From assembly GCF_006345805.1 (NCBI RefSeq), contig NW_021832384.1, positions 124,001 to 188,000 of the forward strand: DNA of 64,000 nt, in the 5' to 3' direction. Numbering within the stretch: the stretch's first letter is position 1; each line of letters opens with the position of its first letter. This document shows, piece by piece, positions 1 to 11,900 of the stretch. The position numbers and the translations under genes were made by a program. The notes below the pieces were generated by a model. The model was not told where the DNA came from. It saw nothing but the letters and a program-made list of their open reading frames with translations, and did not search any database. This DNA comes from Octopus sinensis (taxonomy: Eukaryota).

Positions 1-209
1 ATTGATAGAGACTCATTATAATTAATGCTATTGTATTTTGTTCTTTGTGAAATATTAAAGATTAAAGATTACATTAATCCTTTTGAGTAATTCTGCTGCA
101 ATGTGGTAACAATTTCCTAAGCCAGAAGGAGACTAAAATATTTCTATATTCTCTGATATAGTTTCTTCTTGTTTGTTGTTGTTGTGGTTGTTGTTGTTAC
201 ACAATCCCA

Positions 210-895
210 TGCATCCACATCAGAAGTTGCTGGAAAAAATAGGTGTGATTGGCTGATGAAAGGAATACTAAAAAAAGAAAACCAAGAGCACTATACTGGC
301 AGCACAAGACCAAGCTTTGGCCATGGACTGGAGGGTCATCTTGGGAATAAGCAAGTGTGTCTCTGCTATGCTGCATCTGCAATAGAGTGGATGAAACCAT
401 TGCCCATATCATGAATGAATGCCCTAGCCTTGCCCCAAAACCACTACAAGTTGTAGCGACCTGATCAGATAGTGAAAGTGCTACATTGGAAACTGGGCGA
501 AAGTGTGGGCTAGAGAGAGGAAGGTGTGGTATGAGCTGGCAGAAACGTTAGCACGCCGGGCGAAATGCGTAGCCGTATTTTGTCTGCCGTTACGTTCTGA
601 GTTCAAATTCCGCCGAGGTCGACTTTGCCTTTCATCCTTTCGGGGTCAATTAAATAAGTACCAGTTATGCACTGGGGTCGATATAATCGACTTAATCCAT
701 TTGTCTGTCCTTGTTTGTCCTCTCTGTGTTTAGCCCCTTGTGGGTAGTAAAGAAATAGGTATGAGCACAAACTGCAGAGAGTGGCAGTCAGAGACTAGCA
801 AAATCCTCTGGGATTTTGTTCCCTATCTCAGATACCAGGAAATTCAAAAAATAGTGCTCATGGGAACTGCTTGTATCCTAAGAAAAATATTGTCA
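210..895 (+). mobile_element. Decayed RLE-type (NeSL/Hero/R4-like) non-LTR retrotransposon fragment, split by a SINE
   Basis: Broken frames read ETIAHIMNECPSLA (zinc-knuckle region), VLHWKL, WYEHK, KILWDF and EIQKIVLMGTACILRKILS. Confidence 0.7.
533..757 (+). mobile_element. tRNA-headed SINE, family A (head gagctggcagaaacgttagc)
   Basis: A-box-like TGGCAGAA, B-box GAGTTCAAATTC, TSD ggtatgagc (528-536 and 758-766). Other copies near 945, 4420, 16204, 18640, 29487, 30933, 43360, 44715, 50770 and 56007. Confidence 0.9.
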
Positions 896-1137
896 CTGTG
901 GTGGTGGTGGTGGTAGTGTTTGTTGTTGTTGTTGTTTTGCATTTTAGCACAAGGCTAGTAATTTTGAGGTAGGAGTAAGTTGTGTACATCAACACCAGTG
1001 TTCAACTGATACTTATTTCATGGTCTCCGTAAGGATGAAAGGCATAATCAGAGGCGGAATTTGAACTCAGAATGAAAAAATAGATAAAATGCCACAAATA
1101 CTTTGACCTAGCATGCTAATAATAATAATAATAATAA

Positions 1138-1510
1138 TCATCATCATCATCGTTTAACGTCCGCTTTCCATGCTAGCATGGGTTGGACGGTTCAACTGGG
1201 GTCTGGGAAGCCGAAGGCTGCACCAGGCCAGTCAGATCTGGCAGTGTTTCTACAGCTGGATGCCCTTCCTAACACCAACCACTCCGAGAGTGTAGTGGGT
1301 GATTTTATGTGCCACTGACACAGGTGCCAGATGAGGTTGGCGAACGGCCACGCTCGGATGGTGTTTTTTATGTGCCACCGACACAGGTGTCAGACGAGGC
1401 TGGTGAATGGCCACTCTCGTATGGTGTTTTTTATGTGCCACCGACACAGGTGCCAGATGAGGCTGGCGAACGGCCACGCTCGGATGGTGTTTTTTATGTG
1501 CCACCGACAC
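1138..1510 (-). mobile_element. RTE LINE 3' end with about 3 units of the 62-bp repeat and (GAT)n tail
   Basis: Near-identical to the 3' UTR of the long RTE at 21985-22900. Confidence 0.88.
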
Positions 1511-1585
1511 AATAATAATAATAATAGTAATAATAATAATAATGATAATAATAGTGATGCTTTTTTGTTGTTTTTGTTTTTACAG

Positions 1586-1664
1586 TTATAAACATGAGAA
1601 GACCTTCACAGCTATTTGCTGGAATCCAATAAAGAGCAGTGAAATTATTTTCACTGATAACGAG
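1586..1664 (+). CDS. WDHD1: WDHD1 exon (last WD40 blade: [26 protein letters not shown])
   Basis: tttacag| acceptor, gag|gtaaaa donor, ends phase 0. Confidence 0.88.
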
Positions 1665-4000
1665 GTAAAAAATATACATCTTTTCCTTCTCTTCTTCCTC
1701 CAATCCTCCTCATCTTCCCTCTTCCTTTGCTTCCCTTCCCCTCTTACTCCTTTCTCCATTGCTTCCTTTCTCTCCCCTCCTCTTCCTCTGCATCTTCTCT
1801 TCCTTCTCCCTTCCTCCTCTCCTTTCTTTTGTCTTTCTCCTCTCTACTTCTTTCCCATCACCACCACTGCAACCAATTTTGCATCTATTTTGTTTTATGT
1901 TACCATGGGTTTCATGGGTCTGTAGTAGTATAGCAGCTCTCTGTATTTCAGTCCCATGTCACTATATCTTTTGTAAAGCTCTACATTCTTAATGATTTAC
2001 TTCCAAATTGTCATCAAGTCTTTGTTTCTTTCTCTACTTCTCTAACTCAAGCTCTGTTAGCAGAGAACTCCTGCTTTACATGCATATTTTATCCTCATTG
2101 CATTTCCTAGCATCATAATCAACCTTTTGTTATATTTAGTTATAAAACAACTATTTCCTTTTCTTGTGTTTCTATCAAAAACTTTAAATTATTTATTGTA
2201 ATTCTATATTGGAAAGAGATTGTCGTGTAGCACCAGTTGAGTTCTAATCAAATTGACTTATGGCCCAGAGGTAGCTGATTATATCCACTAGGATTACATC
2301 AAACCACCCCCTTCCTCAAAATTTCAGGCATCGTGCCTATAGTAGAAAGGATTCTCATTATTGTTTTTATTTTTAGGGACAGATTGGATTATTTGAAAAT
2401 GTTTTATCAACTGCTGCTAGTAAAAACACTGTAAGTATTGAATGAACTGAGGAAAGAATAATTTGTTACACTATTTTATACATTGGACTTGCTATTAATC
2501 ATCAATAATCTATAATTCTTGTTGGTGCTAATGATAAAATATTAACACTTGTAATACCAAACTATCTGAGACTTCCTGTAGTTCTTTGATATTTATTTAT
2601 TTATGCGCCCTTTTCAAGCCTAGCTAGGCTCATGGGCCTGGTTTCTCGGTTTCTGTGGCGTATGTGTTCCCCCCAGCTGGATGGGATGCCAGTCCATCGC
2701 AGCGTTACTCAAGAAACAGGAAGATAGAGTGAGAGAAAGTTGGAGCGAAAGAGTACAACAAGGGTTGCCACATGCTCCTGCCGGAGCCTCGTGGAGCTTT
2801 TGGTGTTTTCGCTCAATAAACACACACAGCGCCTGATCTGGGAATCGAAACCGCGATCCTCCGACCACGAGTCCGCTGCCCTAACCACTGGGCTATTGCA
2901 CCTCCACTGTTCTTTGATATAAACCTCCAGTTTTAAAGTTGTCTAAATTAAAATCTTCCATCAAAATTTCTTAGTAATATATGTTCCAAACATCAGCTGA
3001 ACCTTTAGCATGTTGTTAGTGCATTATGTTGCCATACGATTTTTCTCCCCTTTCAATGCAACATAATGTGCCTGCAGCTACAGGGAAGATGTGTTGCATG
3101 GTGGCATGATGCACCTTATGCATGCTAAAGGTTACTGCCATTGTTAATTTACTAAATTCTTTATTATTTAAAAAATTAATTGTAAAAGTGGATGTTAACA
3201 GCGACAATGTTGACTAATGTTGGATTCTTTGACAGAGCGCTGAACAACCCGCAGTCACCACATCCGACCCCGCCTCTGCTACTGTGGATAACAATTTAGA
3301 TGATGATGACGATGCTTTCGATGACCTTGACGATGAGATGTTGTCTGGCGCTATTGGACCCGACATTCCTTCGGTAGATGCTGGAGAGCAGAGTGACAAC
3401 GAATTCTCTGCTAAGCTCAATCCCGAAGCCATATTTGATGATGACGCTTCAAAAGGTAAGACAAACGTTGTCTTGTGTGCTTTTTCTTCACAATCTTCAT
3501 TTTTTACGATTCTTTGCTTCCGTCATTTCCTGTCATCATCTCCATCATCGCCACAACTGCCATCATTGTTGTCATAAGTAGCACTATTATCACCATCTCC
3601 ACTAATCATTATCAATACGATCATTATCGTCAGCAGCAAAGCCGTTATAATCTCCATCATCACCAATACCAGCATTGTTGTCACAAGCACCAACAGTCTC
3701 ACTGTCGCCACTATCTTCATCTCTACTACCATTGTCATCAATGCCACCGTTGTCATCACCAGCATCCTTATTGCTGCAATCGTTGTCATTATCACTAGTA
3801 CCATTGTTGTCATGACAACTACTAGAGTCACCATAACCTTTACTACCACCACCATCACCACTATCATCATCATCATCACTACCATGGCTACTACCACTAC
3901 CGCCTCCACCATCCAAAAGGATGAAAGGCAAAGTCAACCTTGGTGGAATTCTAATAATTATCATTATCACTAACATTATTATTATTATTATTATTATTTA

Positions 4001-4045
<45 letters not shown>

Positions 4046-4396
4046 TGCGGTGAGCTTCAGTAATAATTTTTTTTTTTTTTTTTGTGCCCATTTCCATATT
4101 AGCGTGGGTTAAACAAATATGCTATTGAGGCGTTTGTTTTGTTATGGCCAAATGCCCTTCCTGATGCTAACCCATATCTGTTTTGCAAGAAAAGGATCTC
4201 TTATTCCACACACAACTTTGAAAGCACAAAGGGAGCATCATCATCAATATCATCATCATCATCAATTTCATCATTAATCATCGTCATCATCATCATCATC
4301 ATAAGTCGATTACATCGATCCCAGTGCTCAACTGGTACTTATAGACCCCACAAAGATGAAAGGCAAAGTGGACCTTAGCAAAATAACAGCCATACC

Positions 4397-4433
<37 letters not shown>

Positions 4434-6462
4434 CCTACTATAGGCACAAGGACTGAAATTTGTGGGAGGGGTGGAGTCGATTACTTCAACCCCAGTACAT
4501 AACTGGTATTTATTTTATCGACCCCGAAAGGAAGAAAGGCAAAGTTGACGTCAGCGGAATTTGAATTCAGAACATTAAGATAGATGAAATGCCGAGTCTG
4601 CCAGTTCACTGCCTTAATAATGATGATAATAATAATCCTGATGCAGTACCAGGCAGTGGCTATGCCCTGATGCAGTACCAGGCGGTGGCTCTCATGGCTT
4701 CTGATCTTAACTGATTGGAAGTGTTATCATGTACATTGTTTTGTCTTGGTATAAAAGATGGGCTACAGCAAATATTCTGCTCAATACCACAGATTTGCTT
4801 GTCAGTTGCTTGACCTTAACCAGTTGAGCATGTCCCTTAGTGGCTGACGGTATGTGCATCTCTGATCACGAGCAGAAGTAGTGGGGGAGCATCATAGCCA
4901 TGTGTTGAGAGGGATTCTTTGGGGTTTAAAAAATTAACCTCTGGAAACATGGGTGGTTTTTTCAACATCCTTAAACAACCCTTATTCAGGGACCGTTTGA
5001 GCGGGATGGGCTACTCAACCTGAAGGAAATTCTAACTGGGCCCCACCTGCAAGGTCATGTGCTGTTTATCCTGATATGAGATCACCATGTCGCGCACATA
5101 TGGTTGTGATGCATGTGCCTGGTGTACCCTTATCAGACAGGTAGTCATGATGGGTATATTGGGCTTCGTATATTTTACCCCAGTGTCACTTTGATGGCAT
5201 GAACTGCTCTCTCACTCAATAATAATAATAATAATAGTAAAAACATTAAGAGTTATATAATTATTCTTTGTGGAATTGTATTGATCACTAATAACTTAAT
5301 CTTCTTTTAGATGGAGCTTCAAATATGTCCGATGGAGAAAGTACCACAACTGAACAACCTCTGAAACCAACCGCTGCTGTTCCATATAACGAACCAAAAA
5401 TACTTCTTCAAAAGCCTTTCCAACCTGGTTCTACACCTGACCATCTTTCTCAAAGATTTATGGTAAGTTACAGCCACGGTGAGATTGTGCATCAAATATA
5501 TAACATTTACTTCATGATAAACTGTCTAAAGCACAAATATGTTACTTAAAATGTTCCTTACTGTATTAGTTTAGTTGCTTACTGCTATACGTACATATAT
5601 CTATATCTATCTATTTATCTGTGTGTATATATATATGAATGTGTGTGTGTGTGTATATATATATATGTATATGAATGTGTGTATATATATATATGTATAT
5701 GAATGTGTGTATATATATATATGTATATGAATGTGTGTATATATATATATGTATATGAATGTGTGTATATATATATATGTATATGAATGTGTGTATATAT
5801 ATATGTATATGAATGTGTGTATATATATATGTATATGAATGTGTGTATATATATATGTATATGAATGTGTGTATATATATATGTATATGAATGTGTGTAT
5901 ATATATATGTATATGAATGTGTGTATATATATATGTATATGAATGTGTGTATATATATATATATGAATGTGTGTATATATATATATATGAATGTGTGTAT
6001 ATATATATATATATGAATGTGTGTATATATATATATATATGAATGTGTGTATATATATATATATATATATATGAATGTGTGTATATATATATATATATAT
6101 GAATGTGTGTATATATATATATATATATGAATGTGTGTATATATATATATATGAATGTGTGTATATATCTATATATGAATGTGTGTATATAATATATACA
6201 TGAATGTGTGTATATATATATATAAATGAATGTGTGTATTATATATATATATATATATGAATGTGTGTGTATATATGTATATGAATGTGTGTGTATATAT
6301 GTATATGAATGTGTGTGTATATATGTATATGAATGTGTGTGTATATATGTATATGAATGTGTGTGTATATATGTATATGAATGTGTGTGTATATATGTAT
6401 ATGAATGTGTGTGTGTGTATATATATATGAATGTGTGTGTATTTATATATATATATATATGA

Positions 6463-6507
<45 letters not shown>

Positions 6508-8706
6508 TGTGTGTATATATATATATATATAATATATATATATATGAATGTGTGTATATATACATGTGTATATATACACACACACACATGTAAATAGTAG
6601 TTTCTATAATATTGATTGTGAAAGCAGACAGGTATATATTTTCTTTCAGTAATAATCAAAAAAATTGTGAAACAGACCATAAGAAGGCTCTTCTTCCTCT
6701 TTTTTTCTGTACATCAAAAGCATAGAAGGAATATGTTTATATTACCCAAAAGTCAATAGATTTATTTCTGTTTATTTGTGTCTATTTACTTTTGTGGTGT
6801 CTGTGTATAAAGGTTTTTTTTTCTTTTTCATATGGCTTTATATTTGAATTTTATTCTCGGTGTCTTGTGCATAGTATATTTATATCATCATCATCATCAT
6901 GCATCCATCTTCTATGCTGGTATAGTGTGGCTGGTTTGACAGGAGCTGGTAAACCAGAACCGCACCATGCTTTGTGTTTTGGCATGGCTGGATGCCCTTC
7001 TTAATGCCAACCACTCTACATGATGTACTGAGTGCTTTTAATGTGGCACCAGCACCAGTGGGGTTGCCAAGTAACTTGGAAGACTTAGACCACTTGGCAG
7101 GGAAAAAGAGTGGTACTGAGGGAGGTGGCTTTGTGCCAGTTAAGAGGTTAAAGTATAATAGAGGGATAGTTGTAGGTGTCTTACAATAGAGGAGATATTT
7201 GGCTACAGTGGAGGCGCAATGGCCCAGTGGTTAGGGCAGCGGGTTCGCGGTCATAGGATCGCTGTTTCGATTCCCAGACCGGGCGTTGTGAGTGTTTATT
7301 GAGCGAAAATACCTAAAAGCCCCACGAGGCTCCGGCAGGGGATGGTGGTGATCCCTGCTGTACTCTTTCACCACAACTTTCTCTCACTCTTACTTCCTGT
7401 TTCTGTTGTACCTGTATTTCAAGGGGCCGGCCTTGTCACTCTCTGTGTCACGCTGAATATCCGGAAGAACTACGTTAAGGTTACATGTGTCTGTGGAGTG
7501 CTCAGCCACTTACACGTTAATTTCACGAGCAGGCTGTTCCGTTGATTCGGATCAACCGGAACCCTCATCATTGTAACCGACGGAGTGCTTCCACATTTGG
7601 CTACTTCAGTAGGAATAGAAAGGAGAGGAAAGAGAGAGAGAGAGACTGACTGAATGAGATACATATGACTGTGTGGTTAAGAGATTAGCTTCCAAATCAC
7701 ATAGTCTTCGGTTCAGTCCCCCTTCATGCCAATTCCCCCAACCAAAAGGCACACCCCTCCACAGCTGCATTGTAATCCACAAGGGACCAATTCTTATATA
7801 CATGTGTGTGTGTGTGTGTCTCTCTGTCTGTCTGTCTGTGTGTCTGTCTGTCTGTGTGTGTGTCTGTATGTATGTGTATGTGTGTGCATATGTATATTAC
7901 TCTTTTACTTGTTTCAGTCATTTGACTGCGGCCATACTGGAGCACCGCCTTTTAGTCAAGCAAATCGACCCCAGGACTTGTTCTTCGTAAGCCTAGTACT
8001 TATTCTATCAGTTTCTTTTGCCGAACTGCTAAGTTATGTGGATGTAAACACACCAGCATCGGTTGTCAAGCGATGTTGGGGGAGACAAACAGAGACACAC
8101 ATACACACATACACATATACATATACATATATACGACGGTCTTCTTTCAGTTTCCGTCTACCAAATCCACTCACAAGGCTTCGGTCAGCCCGAGGCTATA
8201 GTAGAAGACACTTGCCGAAGGCGCCATGCAGTGGGACTGAACCCAGAATTATGCGGTTGTTAAGCAAGCTACTTACCAGACAGCCACTCCTGCGCCTATA
8301 TGTACAAATAAATAAAACATTTAATATATAATCAACATTCTGACAAAATTTCTGTTTGTACATACATACATACATACATACATACATACATACCTTTCTT
8401 CCTCTCTGTCTGACTGTCTAGATACTTATAACATTTCTGTTTAGTTGTAACAAAACATATAAGTGTTATGTTCACTCCTGCGTTAGCGTTGTGTGGCCTT
8501 GTAGGTTTATCCATGTGCAAGTAATATTTACAGACAGCCAAAAGATTGATTGAATGAAACCATAATTTCGAAATATAATCCTGTTTACCATTCAGTCATA
8601 CACACATACATACATACATACATATACATGCATACGTGTGTGTAGGTATATGTATGTGTACCTATGTTTATATATGTATATGTGTGTATATATATATATG
8701 TATACC

Positions 8707-8741
<35 letters not shown>

Positions 8742-8847
8742 GGATATGTGAATAAATATGTATACATATATGTATAAATATATATATATGCATATGAATA
8801 TTTAATTCACATATGCACATATATACATATACTATATATATGCATAT

Positions 8848-8878
<31 letters not shown>

Positions 8879-8909
8879 CCATGCATATATGTGTATGTAT
8901 CTGTGTGTG

Positions 8910-8966
<57 letters not shown>

Positions 8967-11900
8967 ATGATGATCTGTGTGTGCACATATATATATATGT
9001 ATATATATATATACACTCATGTACATATTTATGTAACAAAATTTTTATCGTTTTGTATTTTTTTGTTTTTCCTTAGATCTACTCTCACTTGCCAACACTG
9101 TTTATGATTTCATTCCCTAATTTATAGATGGAACTGATGTATTAAGGCACCAAACATATTATTATTATTATTATTATCATCAGGAAGGCAGCAAGCTTGT
9201 TCGAAATGCTTAGTGGCATTTTGTCCCATTTTACGTCCAAATTCAAATGTCGCCAAGGTCAACTTTGCCTTTCATCCTTTCATGGTTGATAAAATAAGGA
9301 CCTATTTAGAGTACTTGAATCAATATAATTGACTAGCCCCTTATTAAAAAATTGCTGGCCTTGTACTTATAGTAGAAAGGATTATTATTATTGTAAAGAG
9401 GGCAATCGGTGGTACCATTACTGGAGTTGCAGACAAAGTGCTCTGTATTTTACATATGACCTATTATGTTTTGAGTTCAAATCCCACCTGGGTAAGTATC
9501 AATTAAGAACTGAAATGAAGATGATTATAATTGGCTATTCATTATGTTTAAGGCCATGTGCTTTATAAAAGTCCATGACTTTGTGGTTAATAAGCTTGCT
9601 TTGCAGTCATGAGATTTTGGGTTCAGTCCCACTGTGTGGCACCTTGGGCAAGTGTCTTCTACCATAGATCCAGGCTGACTGACAAATGCCTTGTGAATGA
9701 ATTTGGTAGTTGGAAACTGTGTGGAAGCCCACCGTGTAATATACATGTATGTATGTGTGTCTTTCGGTATTTGCTGTGTTTGTCTCCACCCGCACCACTT
9801 GACAACCGGTGTTGTTTTGTTTTCATCCCTGAAACTTAACAGTTCGGCAAGAGAGACAGATAGACTATTTGCCAGACTTTGAAAACAAGTCCTGGTGGTG
9901 CCCCAGCATGACCACAGTCCAGTGACTGAAACAAATAAACGATAAAAGATAAGGATAAAAGAATGTAGCTATTTCTTTTTTTTTTTTTTACTTTTCTTCC
10001 ATATTTTTATCTGATTTTCTCTCAATTTTTTTGTTTATTTTATCTTTTACTTTTTTTCATTTTTTAAAATTTCTACTTCTTTCCTTTGTTTTTATTTTTT
10101 TCATTTCTGTTTATTCTCTGCATCTTTTTTCTTTCTATTCTATCATCTTTTATCATTTCCTCTCACCAATTATAAAATTCCATTGTACTGCATTAATGTA
10201 AATTCTCAATCCTCCCCTGCCAACTCAGTTTTTCCTATCTCACCCACCTTCCATCTTCATTATATTCTGCAGAAATGGAACGCGGTTGGCATTGTGAAGC
10301 AGTATAATGCAGATGGCGAGAACTCCATTGATATAGAATTCCATGACACCGCAGTGCATCATTCGATACATCTCAACAACAATGTCGGCTACACCATGGC
10401 GGATATTTCCAAAGAATGTGTTCTTTTGGGGAGTCCAAATGATGAAGAATCTGGCCGCAGGTCAGTTCAGATGTTTAGACTTAATATCACCACTGTTGTT
10501 GTTGTCGTCACCACCCTCATCATCATCATCATCACCGTCACCATAGGCGACAAATTGATAACATTATCAGAATGTTAGACACCATGCTTTGCGTTTCTTG
10601 TTTCCAGCTTCATTTTTGTGTTGAGTTAAAATCACCCTGAGGTCACCTTTGCCTCTCATCCCTCCTGAGTATAGATGAAATAAAGTACCAGTGAAGCACT
10701 CATTTGACTGTGGCCATGGTGGAGCACTGCCTTAAAGGGTTTTAGTTGAAGAAATTAACCCCAGGACTTATTCTTTTAAGACTAGTCCTTATTCTATTGG
10801 ACTCTTTTGCTGAAATGCTAAATTACAGGGGACGTAAACATACCAACATCGGTTGTCAAGTGATGGTCGGGGGACAAACACAGATACAAAGACACACACA
10901 TATGATGGGCTTATTTCAGTTTCTGTCTACCAAATCCACGCTCAATGGCTTTGATTGGCCTGAGGCTATAGTAGAAGACACTTGCCTGACGTGCCATGCT
11001 GCAGGACTGAACTTGGAACCATGTGGTTGGGAAGCAAACTTCTTACCACACAGCCATGCCTGCACCCTTCAACAAATCCCTCATTTTCAATTGACTATGG
11101 TCAAGATAATCAACTGACCCCTCCCTCTAATTTTCTGGCCCTTTTTTCTGTAATTAATTTCACATTAATTTTGATAATTATCATTGCTAATATATAGACA
11201 CAAGGCCTGAAATTTTAGAAGAGGAAGGTGGGTAATTATCCTTTGTAATAATACTTTTGTGTTTTTCTCCGTCACAACATATGAATGAGAAAGGAAGGGG
11301 TGATAGATGAATGAATGAGGGAGGGAGGGGTGACGGCAAACTGTTAGTGGGAGTGTTTCAACTCTGTGTGAGTATATGTGTGTGTATGTTAAAGAGAAGT
11401 ATGTGAATGTTTGTGTGCATGTGTAATGGAAAATAGAATGGTTAACATTCAATGCTGAAAAGAAAAATCAAACAGCGTTTCAACTCTGTGTGAGTATATG
11501 TGTGTATGCATGTGCATGTACAAGGGAAGTATGTGAACGTTTATGTGTGAAGCAGCAGCATTATCTCAGTAACAAAGAATGATTGATGTCACATCTCAAA
11601 AGACATCCACTACATAACATTGACAAGTGTATTAATTTGATTTACCATCCATATTTATATATAAAATACTACAATTAGTCATCATTTTTGACGGCATGGC
11701 GCCAGCTAGTATTAAGTCTATTGTTCATCTGTTACTTATTTTTTGCCACCTTGCCTGGCCCCTGTGCTGGTGGCACGAAAAAAGCATCATCTGATTGTGG
11801 CCGTTGCCAGCCTCGCCTGGCCCCCGTGCTGGTGGCACGTAAAAAGCACCATCCAATTGTGGCCGTTTGCCAGCCTCGCCTGGCCCCCATGCTGGTGGCA

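Noticed and set aside
3475-3976. Asp/Gly-, His- or Met/Val-rich ORFs (also 39586-39942 and 45711-46345)
   Set aside because: Intronic degenerate triplet repeats; the exon chain closes without them.
5607-6680. 357-aa ORF and similar Y/I/H/T/C/V-rich ORFs (56872-57447, 58735-59280 and others)
   Set aside because: Translations of dinucleotide microsatellites that lack stops by composition.
7208-7280. tRNA-like sequences at SINE heads
   Set aside because: No closing acceptor stem; they continue into SINE bodies with TSDs.
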